Assembly: GCA_028286565.1 (NCBI GenBank)
Contig: JAQBRH010000004.1
Location: 122,168-186,167 of the forward strand
From: Parcubacteria group bacterium
GTDB taxonomy: Bacteria; Patescibacteriota; Minisyncoccia; Phycocordibacterales; Zambryskibacteraceae
Direction of reading: 5' to 3'
Length of the DNA: 64,000 bases
The notes under the pieces are model-generated. The model ran no database searches. It saw only the letters and a program-made list of their open reading frames with translations, and was not told the DNA's origin. This document shows, piece by piece, positions 48,807 through 57,467 of this stretch. The position numbers and the translations under genes are program-made. How positions within the stretch are numbered: the first letter of the stretch is position 1; every line of letters starts with the position of its first letter.

Positions 48807-50123
48807 TCATGGAGCAACCGGCTCATATACATCCACCGGCTCTTCAGCACTCGCTCCGAACTTCTTTACCCGCTCACCCTGGTGAGCTTGGGGAAGCGAG
48901 AGACGTGTGTTGAGCGTACGCTCCGCAGCTGCGACAGCATCCATGAGCTGGATGTATGCCACGTCTTCCAGACTGAAGGTGCTGCTGGACCACATCACCG
49001 AGGCCCATGAGTTGGTGTGCCCAAAGCTCAGCACATGGCCGATTTCATGGCGAACGGTGCCGCCGTTATGGAAGTCGTCCCCCGTACGGGCGTTGACCGA
49101 TCCATAACTGAAATCACGGCCAGATATGGCGCCGAAACTTCCTCCTGCATGCGTTCCACCTGCGATTTTCAGCTCGATTGATCCGATAGGACCCGTGCAA
49201 GCTGTCTGGGAACTCGAGGCGGCAAACACCACCCTGCCCACAATCTGTTGAATGACTGCGGCAAAGGACCAGAAGCTTGCCGAATCATCGGCAGACATGG
49301 TTCCGAGAGCCGTTGTGCAAGCAAGAGTGGGTATGGCGCGGGGGTAACTGCCTACCGTGTATTTCCACGGCTTTCCTACCTGCCGACCACGTGTATAGAA
49401 CCCAGAAACTTCTCCCGATCCAGCTGGCGGAGCATAGGCGGCCTCAAGATCAACTGTGATCTTGGCGCCACCGTAGAGATCTCCCTTGATCGTCCACACC
49501 GCCGGAATACCGACAATGTTGAACGAAGAGAAGTACCGCTTTGGCACTCGGCCGAAGAAATCCTTCATCCTGGCACTTGGATCGATCGCCCGGAACACAA
49601 CAGTGTCTCCGAGAGCGAACTTGGTCGGAAGCGAGAAGGTACAATCGTTATGCACCTGAGTCGCATCTTCCTTGTTCTCTCCGGCAAAGACCATCGTACC
49701 CGTCGGGCATGATGAGCCGTCTGCCATTGCAATCTGCCCAATGATCAGAGGAGCGGCAACTACCACTTCAACGGAATCGACTTTCGTGACACCGCTCGCC
49801 GTGACTGCCGCCTTGATCACATGCTTCCCGATGGAAGCAGTGACACCTGAGCATAGCGTGACGGGGATACCGTCAACTGTGCACGAGATCTGAACATTCG
49901 ATAGCGTACTCGGAGAGTACCCTACCGTTACAGGGATCGTGGCGTTCGGCCACGTTGCCTGGGTCGGGTTCACTACGGCTGGCGCCGAGATGGAAGCTGA
50001 CACGAGGGCTTGTGTAGCCGTTGTGTCAACCGGATCGATACGAGGCTTGGTAGCCCCGTCCCCGCCGCAAGCGACGAGTGCGGCCGCCACAGCGGTCGCG
50101 AGACGCGCGAATGTCGGACGCAT
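48807..50123 (-). CDS. putative lipoprotein zinc metalloprotease (metzincin-like)
   Basis: lipobox LVA|C, HEIGHVLSFGH followed by SVM Met-turn; TAAGGAGG SD. Confidence 0.7.
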   Translation of the reverse strand: MRPTFARLATAVAAALVACGGDGATKPRIDPVDTTATQALVSASISAPAVVNPTQATWPNATIPVTVGYSPSTLSNVQISCTVDGIPVTLCSGVTASIGKHVIKAAVTASGVTKVDSVEVVVAAPLIIGQIAMADGSSCPTGTMVFAGENKEDATQVHNDCTFSLPTKFALGDTVVFRAIDPSARMKDFFGRVPKRYFSSFNIVGIPAVWTIKGDLYGGAKITVDLEAAYAPPAGSGEVSGFYTRGRQVGKPWKYTVGSYPRAIPTLACTTALGTMSADDSASFWSFAAVIQQIVGRVVFAASSSQTACTGPIGSIELKIAGGTHAGGSFGAISGRDFSYGSVNARTGDDFHNGGTVRHEIGHVLSFGHTNSWASVMWSSSTFSLEDVAYIQLMDAVAAAERTLNTRLSLPQAHQGERVKKFGASAEEPVDVYEPVAP

Positions 50124-50253
50124 GGAACACCCTCCTTATGAGTTTATGAAGCAAACGATGACGAAGATCAGTGGGATACAATAATCCCAAGCCTAAGTCA
50201 ATAGTACTTTATATATAGGAATGTGTCAAGACTCTTACAACTCAAGTTGTGGA

Positions 50254-50733
50254 TTACTGGCGGACGACAAAACTGAGGAGAACGTTCATTCTTTGATCAT
50301 TTGGTGTGATGGTGATGGTAAGTTCCCCATTACCTTTTGTCGCAATATAGGCGGTATGCGAAACCGACTTGTCACCTAAGGTTATTTTATACCCCTTGTC
50401 TTTAAGATAGTTTGCGTAAATAACCGAGAGTTCTTCCTGCTGTTTCGCCGAAAAATAGCTTACGTTCGAAACCGTTGCCTTTCTATCGGGATACGAAAGG
50501 GTTTCAGACTGAGTGACATTCTCTATCTCTATAGGAATATCACTTGGTAAACCCGCAGGAAGCTTGCTTTGTCCTTGGACCGATGCGACATCCACGGGAT
50601 CGTAGATTACATTCTCGCTTGAGAACTTTGTTGCTGGCGTGCTTGATCTATATTTCATGAACAAGAGAACTCCGGCGACGACCAGAACCGCTACCAAGAG
50701 AACGGGCAGGATGGGTTTAGTTTTGTTTTCCAT
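50254..50733 (-). CDS. membrane-anchored hypothetical protein
   Basis: N-terminal TM; LPAGLPSDIP. Confidence 0.7.
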   Translation of the reverse strand: MENKTKPILPVLLVAVLVVAGVLLFMKYRSSTPATKFSSENVIYDPVDVASVQGQSKLPAGLPSDIPIEIENVTQSETLSYPDRKATVSNVSYFSAKQQEELSVIYANYLKDKGYKITLGDKSVSHTAYIATKGNGELTITITPNDQRMNVLLSFVVRQ

Positions 50734-50738
50734 ATATG

Positions 50739-53060
50739 TTAGATTTCTTGGAATCGAGGATTAAGGTTCACTTGGATGGTCCCTGCCGGACAGGTCCCTC
50801 GTGATCCGTTCCTGTCCGTCACAGTTGCTTGAGCGGTCTTTAAACCGGAAGTTGTGTATTGAACACCGAACGAGGCAGTTGTCGGAGACGGGCTCGGAAG
50901 GCTCGGTCCGGACCATGCATACGTATACGGGGCAACTCCTGTGCCGGAGACGGAGGCGTTCCACGTCACCGTATTCCCAACGATGGTAGTACCGGAAGGA
51001 TTAGAGGTACAGGAGACTGAGATGGCCGCAGAGGGAGTAACGGTCAGGGTGAAAGAAGTTGTCTTGTTGGGAGTACCGGCGGAAGACCCTGTTACTGTGA
51101 TCGGATAGTTCCCCGTTGCCGTTCCTGCCGCGATAGACATGGTGATATTCGAACTACACGTCGGAGTTGCGGGGAAACAGCTCGAAGGAGTGGCGGTGCT
51201 TCCCGGAGGCATGCCCGATGCAGACAGGGTCACCGGTTGAGAACTGCCCGAGATCAATGTCTCAGTAATGGTGATCGCCTGCGCACCTCCTTGAGGTATA
51301 GAGACACTTCCCGGGCTTGATAGAGAGTAGTTGAATGAAGGGCCGGAAGCAGCGTAGGTAAGAGTGTATGTACCGCTTTGTCCCGGAGAAAGAGGCATTG
51401 AAGCTCCTCCGGAATTAACGCTGTTTGTTACCGTAGGGCCGGTATACCCGGACACTGCAGCAGGAGAGATCACGTATGTAGACCCGCCCGCGGCCGGAGT
51501 GACTGTGTACGATCCGCTTGTTCCGGAACCGGATACCCCCCCGGGAGCAACCGTCCACGATGTAGCCACATTCGAAGAGACGTTTATGGCCGCAGTGGTA
51601 GGAGCAGAAACGTTGACCGTCGCGCTTGCGGACGGATTCGATCCGCCGACACTTGATATACAGCTGATGGTGTACGTGGTGTTCGAGACCGGAGAGACAG
51701 CCTTGTTTCCGTTCGTCGCAGAAGAGGAATTCCAGTTTGCGCTTGGTGCAGTGCCTGAGCACGAGCTCACGTTAGTTCCGGACCAGGTCAGCGTAGCGGA
51801 ATTCCCGCTTATGATCGTTTGAGAAGCCGGGGTCAAGGTAACCGAAGCGACCGGATTGACGGTCACCACGGCCGAGGCGGTATAGGATATATTGTTAGTA
51901 CCAGTACACGTCTTTGAATACGACGTATTCGATCCGGGAGAGACGTCGGTGAATCCGTTCGTAGCAGTACCGCTCCAGAAGTTAGCGTCGCACGAGCTCA
52001 TACCTGTTGTAGCCCATGTCACTCTTGAAATTCCGCCCGAAGAAATAGTAGGAGGATTTGCAGTAACACTTATCGTCGGAGTGGAGGCACAGCTTGATGA
52101 ATTATTTCCTTGGTATGTACAGACGGGGCCGCCGTAAGATGGATCGCCGTTAACACTGACGTTCGTCCAGGGACTGCAGTTATTCGCTTCATCGGACTCA
52201 GAAACAACCCCTGTACTGTCCGCACATGATCGAACCGAATATACATACGGCTGATTTGTAACGACGGTATATGTCGAGGGTGAAGTTACAGAGGTTGATT
52301 GGGAAGTATTAAGGATAGGCGTCGGAGCATCCCAGAGAGTACTTATCGTTCCGGAACCATTTGAACCTGACGCAACCTGGAAATTGGTGTATGAAGCTGC
52401 GGCGTCTGCAGCACCCGCGTTCGAGACCTGAGCAACAAACGTATTAGCTTGGCCGGAAGTAACCGGGCTCGGGGCGCTGACTGAAGTTGCAATTAAATCT
52501 GGAGATTGAACACGCTGGCAGTTAAGAATAAAGGAAGATGAACCACCTGGATATATTAATTGAGAATTTGGAGTTGCCCCTAAGTAATTCCATCCTGCCG
52601 GCACAGAAGCAGAGATACTTACGTTAGTGCCTCCCGCAGCAGGATTGAATGTAAAGCCACCATCATCTACTCCGCCTTGTGAAAGCCCTGAGCCCGTAGC
52701 CATCCATGAAGTACCGAAGGGACAAGTGCCCTGGGCGCTGTTTGCATATATTGCCACTGTTGCAGGAGGAGGAGATGCCGGCGGGGAGAACCATATAATT
52801 TGATAATGAAAATCAGTACCGTTGTTCCACAACTGACCGTCTTGAGGATTAGATCCAAAGTCTTCGCAATATCCCGTATAAGTTGTAGTGGGGTCAGAGT
52901 AGAGCGTATCGCACGGTGGATAACCTGGCCAAGGAAAAGGATTAGGATTTTGCGCATGTACGGAAGATCGCACAAATCCGAGGCCTCCGATAAGCAAAAC
53001 CCCAAAGATAGCTACAGGCAGACAAATATTAAAAAACTTGGAACTAGACATTTTTTTCAT
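50739..53060 (-). CDS. secreted Ser/Thr-rich surface protein with CARDB and PKD/Ig-like repeats
   Basis: signal peptide; PDL...V.N.G...AD....V.ES.E.NN; repeated I.SG....TW...SC modules. Confidence 0.8.
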   Translation of the reverse strand: MKKMSSSKFFNICLPVAIFGVLLIGGLGFVRSSVHAQNPNPFPWPGYPPCDTLYSDPTTTYTGYCEDFGSNPQDGQLWNNGTDFHYQIIWFSPPASPPPATVAIYANSAQGTCPFGTSWMATGSGLSQGGVDDGGFTFNPAAGGTNVSISASVPAGWNYLGATPNSQLIYPGGSSSFILNCQRVQSPDLIATSVSAPSPVTSGQANTFVAQVSNAGAADAAASYTNFQVASGSNGSGTISTLWDAPTPILNTSQSTSVTSPSTYTVVTNQPYVYSVRSCADSTGVVSESDEANNCSPWTNVSVNGDPSYGGPVCTYQGNNSSSCASTPTISVTANPPTISSGGISRVTWATTGMSSCDANFWSGTATNGFTDVSPGSNTSYSKTCTGTNNISYTASAVVTVNPVASVTLTPASQTIISGNSATLTWSGTNVSSCSGTAPSANWNSSSATNGNKAVSPVSNTTYTISCISSVGGSNPSASATVNVSAPTTAAINVSSNVATSWTVAPGGVSGSGTSGSYTVTPAAGGSTYVISPAAVSGYTGPTVTNSVNSGGASMPLSPGQSGTYTLTYAASGPSFNYSLSSPGSVSIPQGGAQAITITETLISGSSQPVTLSASGMPPGSTATPSSCFPATPTCSSNITMSIAAGTATGNYPITVTGSSAGTPNKTTSFTLTVTPSAAISVSCTSNPSGTTIVGNTVTWNASVSGTGVAPYTYAWSGPSLPSPSPTTASFGVQYTTSGLKTAQATVTDRNGSRGTCPAGTIQVNLNPRFQEI

Positions 53061-53143
53061 TTATCTTTTTATTAAATTCTTATTATTATAATAACAGAAA
53101 AAGGACAAGGAAGTTTTGACTATCCCCTGCTCCGTGCCATACT

Positions 53144-53557
53144 TTGAACATGTCCCCCCTCTCCAAAAATGAATCCTCCCGATTCTGGAGGTATCTGACG
53201 AACATTTGGACCCTTCTCTTTTTTGCCCTGATTATCGACGACTTTCTCCACCGTGGGGCCTACGAAGTGCTTATCGGACCGGCGGCGGCTATCTACACGG
53301 CCTGCCTCACCATATATAGCGCCGAGAAGGAGTTCGAAAGGTGGCAGTTCTACTTCATAGGCAAGCACCCGGGTGAAGTGTACGTAGCCCTGTGGACCCT
53401 CCTCCTCTTTGGGATCTTTGCCGCCGACATTGCGACCGGAAGCGACTACAGGGTCAGCCCGGAGATCATCGCTACATATATAGTAGTTCTCGGAGTTTTG
53501 GCCATTACCAAGAAATCCAAGGCGATCTTTAAGGAACGCTGCGAGCCTCGCGAATAA
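53144..53557 (+). CDS. four-TM membrane protein
   Basis: hydrophobic; EKEFERW, HPGE.YV. Confidence 0.7.
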   Translation: MNMSPLSKNESSRFWRYLTNIWTLLFFALIIDDFLHRGAYEVLIGPAAAIYTACLTIYSAEKEFERWQFYFIGKHPGEVYVALWTLLLFGIFAADIATGSDYRVSPEIIATYIVVLGVLAITKKSKAIFKERCEPRE

Positions 53558-53558
53558 C

Positions 53559-54359
53559 ATGACCTCGATCATCACCTGGAACGTGAATGGTATCCGAGCC
53601 GTACACAAAAAAGGCTTATTTGTGCCCTTTATAGAGGAATACAACCCGGATATCCTCGCCCTTCAGGAAACCAAGGCCGAGCGCGGCCAAGCTGAGATCG
53701 ATCTGCCTGCATATAAAGAGTACTGGAACTCTTCGACCAGAAAGAAAGGCTACAGCGGGACGGTCATTTTCACCAAAGACGAGCCCGAGGCCACGAACAT
53801 CGGTTTCCCTATGGATATAGTAGAGAAATATGGCCTAGATAAAGACTCCTACGGCGATCCGAACGCCGAAGGCCGGGTCATTACGGCCGAATATAAGGAC
53901 TTTTTCCTTGTGAATTCTTATACCCCGAACTCCAAACCCGACCTCTCTCGCCTCTCGCTTCGGCACAAGCAATGGGACCCGGCTTTCCTTGAATATGTAA
54001 AACGACTGGACGAAAAGAAGCCCGTCATCTTTACCGGAGATCTGAATGCCGCCCACACCGAGGACGATCTGGCCAATCCAAAGGCCAATGAAGGCGAGCA
54101 CGGCTTCACCAAGGAAGAGCGCGAAGGGATAGACAAGATCATCGCCGCAGGGTTCGTGGACGCCTTTAGGGAGTTCACAAAAGGCAACGGGCACTACACG
54201 TGGTGGAGCCACTTTGCCTATGCGCGAGAGCGAAATGTCGGCTGGAGAATAGACTACTTTTTCGTTTCAAAACGGCTGATGAAGCGGGTAAAAAGTGTTG
54301 AGATCCTTGATCATATTCTCGGTTCTGACCATTGTCCGGTTCGAATTGTCCTTGACTGA
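53559..54359 (+). CDS. xth: exodeoxyribonuclease III
   Basis: WNVNGIR, LQETK, GYSG, GDLN, GWRIDY, SDHCP. Confidence 0.97.
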   Translation: MTSIITWNVNGIRAVHKKGLFVPFIEEYNPDILALQETKAERGQAEIDLPAYKEYWNSSTRKKGYSGTVIFTKDEPEATNIGFPMDIVEKYGLDKDSYGDPNAEGRVITAEYKDFFLVNSYTPNSKPDLSRLSLRHKQWDPAFLEYVKRLDEKKPVIFTGDLNAAHTEDDLANPKANEGEHGFTKEEREGIDKIIAAGFVDAFREFTKGNGHYTWWSHFAYARERNVGWRIDYFFVSKRLMKRVKSVEILDHILGSDHCPVRIVLD

Positions 54360-54401
54360 TTTCCCCTCACAAAAGGACATCAAGTTTTGTTATTTGTGGA
54401 G

Positions 54402-54410
54402 TTATCCACA
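54402..54410 (+). promoter_or_regulatory. DnaA box
   Basis: perfect TTATCCACA. Confidence 0.6.
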
Positions 54411-54451
54411 GTTTTTATTTATTTTTGTCCTTTAAGGAGTATACTTCTATC

Positions 54452-54706
54452 CAGACGCAAAGCAGTGAATGTGGTTCCATCTGAACAACGCGAACTGCGG
54501 CATGGCACCTTGGGGTTAGTCGACGAACCCCTGAAAGAAGTGTTTGGTTTAAGAAGTGGGCCAACGCGAGGACGACATATCGACACCTTTATTTATGCGA
54601 TATAGTCTGTACATCGCTCCCCTCTTTTGCTGAGACTTCCTTTCCCTGGTCAGCCAGCAGCTGACAACCCCGCCCCGCAGTTCGCCATGCGTGGCGGTTT
54701 TTTATT
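54452..54706 (+). ncRNA. candidate rod-shaped ncRNA of unknown family
   Basis: TATACT at 54440-54445; 11-bp closing helix 54490-54500/54675-54685; nested pairings; hairpin-U tract at end; no credible ORF. Confidence 0.55.
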
Positions 54707-54826
54707 TGCCCAGAGCGGGAGATCAGGAGGATTGTCCTTCACCCGTCCCTTATACATAAGTGCTAAACTTAATAGGTGTCTTGAAAGCCCTTGGTTGAGC
54801 GGTGACTATACAACAGTTCTCGAATA

Positions 54827-54835
54827 TGTGGATAA
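54827..54835 (-). promoter_or_regulatory. DnaA box
   Basis: TGTGGATAA (perfect box on the minus strand). Confidence 0.6.
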
Positions 54836-54918
54836 CTATGGGGAAACTGTGTATTACGGACAGTTTTATAAAGTCATATGGCCTTAAGTCCCTTATTTTA
54901 AGCCATATTTTGGAAATA

Positions 54919-55398
54919 GATTTCACGTGAAACTATACACATAGGTTACACATGGAACAAGATAGAAGAACAGCCAAGCGTAAGCTTGGGGATATAGGAG
55001 AGTCTATAGCCTGTGATTATCTCACGAAGCATGGCTTTGCAGTCCTCGAAAGGAACTACCTGCGCAAATGGGGAGAGATCGATATCGTGGCCAAGAAGGG
55101 CAAGATCCTGCGCTTTATAGAGGTAAAGAGTGTTTCGTGTGTAACATTGCCTCCAATCGTTCCACATGTAACCTTGGGCCGTAGCCAGGCGGGCGAGGCG
55201 GATGGGTATAGGCCGGAAGACAATGTTCATCCTCAAAAGCTCCGCAGGCTGGCTCGGACCATACAGACATATCTCTTAGAGAAGAGGCTGGACGGGGATT
55301 GGCAATTGGACATCGTCACGGTCAAAATAAGCGAAAAGGACCGGATGGCCCGGGTAGAGATGATCGAGAATATTATTATCTAGGTTTCTTGTGTAACA
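54919..55398. other. cluster of five parS-like 16-mers
   Basis: 54919 GATTTCACGTGAAACT, 54944 GGTTACACATGGAACA, 55131 TGTTTCGTGTGTAACA, 55158 CGTTCCACATGTAACC, 55383 GGTTTCTTGTGTAACA. Confidence 0.7.
54952..55383 (+). CDS. yraN: YraN (UPF0102) family endonuclease-like protein
   Basis: G..GE..A..YL, ERNY...GEIDIVA, FIEVK. Confidence 0.9.
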   Translation: MEQDRRTAKRKLGDIGESIACDYLTKHGFAVLERNYLRKWGEIDIVAKKGKILRFIEVKSVSCVTLPPIVPHVTLGRSQAGEADGYRPEDNVHPQKLRRLARTIQTYLLEKRLDGDWQLDIVTVKISEKDRMARVEMIENIII

Positions 55399-55401
55399 GC
55401 G

Positions 55402-55860
55402 TCAACCTTGAATATATAAATACCAACGAGTATTTTTCTTCCCATTTATATAAAAGTCATACCACTGCCTCATGAATTTGGCCTTGGTCATGCGTCGGAA
55501 ACCTCCAAGCTCCGGATCCATCATCCAGAGAGTCCTGCCTGTCATCTTGTATACAACCGAATAATGGCCGTCTGCAGGCGCCCCATAGTCAGACCACCAA
55601 TTGACGAGCACCGGGGTGTCCGAATCCACGAGAGTTTTCAATTCATTCCAAGTGCCCTTGTCCTTTGTTTTGACCTTAAATCCGAGCTTTTTGAGGCCTT
55701 TGGCAAGAGCTTCGGGCTCCGTCCCATTCTCAGTCGTGGTACCACAAAGACGGCCAAGTTCCGGCTCGGTCATATTTTTGCCATAGTATTGGACCAAAGA
55801 CACAAGGCTCGCCGGCCCACAGAAGCTCGCGCTTTGGCGGATAGGTTTGAGGCTGATCAT
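55402..55860 (-). CDS. C39-like cysteine peptidase
   Basis: Q...FCGPASL, GHYSVV, MDP. Confidence 0.8.
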   Translation of the reverse strand: MISLKPIRQSASFCGPASLVSLVQYYGKNMTEPELGRLCGTTTENGTEPEALAKGLKKLGFKVKTKDKGTWNELKTLVDSDTPVLVNWWSDYGAPADGHYSVVYKMTGRTLWMMDPELGGFRRMTKAKFMRQWYDFYINGKKNTRWYLYIQG

Positions 55861-55871
55861 AGAGTATCGAA

Positions 55872-55945
55872 TGGTGCGGGATGGGGGAATCGAACTCCCG
55901 ACCACAGTTTGGAAAACTGTTGTTTTACCACTAAACTAATCCCGC
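55872..55945 (-). tRNA. tRNA-Gly(TCC)
   Basis: cloverleaf, ACAGT-TT-TCC-AA-ACTGT, encoded CCA. Confidence 0.95.
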
Positions 55946-55986
55946 AGTTGTCCTAATCTAGCAAACTTAGGACTTTCTATCAATTT

Positions 55987-56060
55987 TGGTCGGGGCGCTG
56001 GGAATCGAACCCAGACCACATGCTCCCAAAGCAAGTATACTACCACTATACTACGCCCCG
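55987..56060 (-). tRNA. tRNA-Pro(TGG)
   Basis: CGGGGCG acceptor, TT-TGG-GA loop, encoded CCA. Confidence 0.93.
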
Positions 56061-56073
56061 ATTATTCACTGGG

Positions 56074-56144
56074 TCGGGCTGCTGGGAATCGAACCCAGGT
56101 CTCACGAACCCGAATCGTGAATACTACCGCTGTACTACAGCCCG
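56074..56144 (-). tRNA. tRNA-Pro(CGG)
   Basis: CACGA-TT-CGG-GT-TCGTG; CCA not encoded. Confidence 0.93.
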
Positions 56145-56186
56145 CAATACAGTATCCTACCATCCGACCTTAGAGAAAGCTATACT

Positions 56187-57239
56187 ATGTCCGTGAGATC
56201 AACCGTCTTATTCCTGGTCGGCATTCTCCTTATCGGGGGATCTATTTTTTACTTTCTAAAGCAGCCGGCTCCGGACCGCCGAGCTTCGGCTTATGCATAT
56301 GATTCGAGCGTATGCAACACCGACTCGGACAAAAGCGCCTGCCTCAGCACCTTCTATGCCCACCTCGTCGACGCGTACGGAGCAAAGACGGCGATCGAGG
56401 ACTTGAAAACGCGAGGCGGGGAAGATCAGAGCGTGATGGGCCGATGCCACCCCTACATGCACACCATAGGGGAGAGCGCTTCGGAAAAATACAAAACCGT
56501 TTCTGAGGCCTATCTCTATGGAGATCCGTTCTGCTGGAGCGGGTATTACCACGGCGTCCTCGAAGGCGTGACGGCGAAGATCGGGGAAGAAAAGCTCCTG
56601 GCGAGCTTGAATTCGATCTGTGCGGACATCCCGGGCAAAGGAACCTACAGCTTCAACTACTACAACTGCGTGCACGGCCTCGGCCACGGGATCATGGAGC
56701 TCAAGGGAGACGAGCTCTTTGATTCGTTGAAGACCTGCGACAGCCTCATCGGAGATTGGGAACAGCAGTCCTGCCAGAGCGGGGTCTTCATGGAAAATGT
56801 CATTTTGTATACGAACTACGGCAAATCCGCCTACCTGAAGCCCGAAGAACCCCTCTATCCGTGCACGGCGGTCGAGGACAAATATAAATATCAATGCTAC
56901 CTCGGGCAAACCTCGTTCGCCTTGGAAGCGTCTCAGTATGATTTCAAGAAGGTGGCCGATCTCTGCACGACGGTTAAAGGACAATATAGAGATATATGTT
57001 TCCAAAGCCTCGGGCGAGATGCGGCGAATCAGGCAGGCCATGGATCTCCTAAGACAAGAACGACCTGCGACCTTGCTTCCATCCATACGGACAGAATGAA
57101 TTGTTATGTAGGAGCAGTGAAGGAATTTATCTCATATTACCACTCGATAACGGAAGCCAATGGCTTTTGCGGAGCGCTTGATGAAGCGGATAAAACCTCA
57201 TGCGTGCAGACGGGGGAAGAGTACTACAAAGCCTTCTGA
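56187..57239 (+). CDS. membrane-anchored Cys/His-rich repeat protein
   Basis: TM then CH..MH.IG, C.SGYYHG, CVHGLGHG, C.SG.FME; real start may be GTG56193. Confidence 0.8.
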   Translation: MSVRSTVLFLVGILLIGGSIFYFLKQPAPDRRASAYAYDSSVCNTDSDKSACLSTFYAHLVDAYGAKTAIEDLKTRGGEDQSVMGRCHPYMHTIGESASEKYKTVSEAYLYGDPFCWSGYYHGVLEGVTAKIGEEKLLASLNSICADIPGKGTYSFNYYNCVHGLGHGIMELKGDELFDSLKTCDSLIGDWEQQSCQSGVFMENVILYTNYGKSAYLKPEEPLYPCTAVEDKYKYQCYLGQTSFALEASQYDFKKVADLCTTVKGQYRDICFQSLGRDAANQAGHGSPKTRTTCDLASIHTDRMNCYVGAVKEFISYYHSITEANGFCGALDEADKTSCVQTGEEYYKAF

Positions 57240-57281
57240 CCCTCGATTTTTTAGCCTAAATACGCTATTATCTCTTTTCGA

Positions 57282-57352
57282 GCGGCTATGGTTTAGTGGT
57301 AGAACACGTCCTTGCCAAGGACGGGATTCGGGTTCGATTCCCGGTAGCCGCA
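57282..57352 (+). tRNA. tRNA-Gly(GCC)
   Basis: CGTCC-TT-GCC-AA-GGACG; CCA not encoded. Confidence 0.95.
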
Positions 57353-57364
57353 CACGGAAATATT

Positions 57365-57439
57365 GCCTCCGTAGCTTAATGGATAAAGTACTTGTCTTCG
57401 GAACAAGTGATGTGGGTTCGATTCCTGCCGGAGGCACCA
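57365..57439 (+). tRNA. tRNA-Arg(TCG)
   Basis: CTTGT-CT-TCG-GA-ACAAG; encoded CCA. Confidence 0.95.
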
Positions 57440-57467
57440 AAAGTTTTCAGGGCGTATACTAATTTCA

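Noticed and set aside
48719-48850. N-terminal extension of PilB in the ORF track
   Set aside because: It crosses a terminator and the neighbouring gene. ATG48718 with TAAAAT upstream fits better.
54490-54685. Retron msr-msd reading of the inverted repeats
   Set aside because: No reverse transcriptase in the window, and the flanking genes are xth and yraN.
54360-54950. tmRNA, RNase P or SRP RNA
   Set aside because: No tRNA-like ends, tag ORF, GAGGAAAGUCC motif or clear SRP domain IV on either strand.
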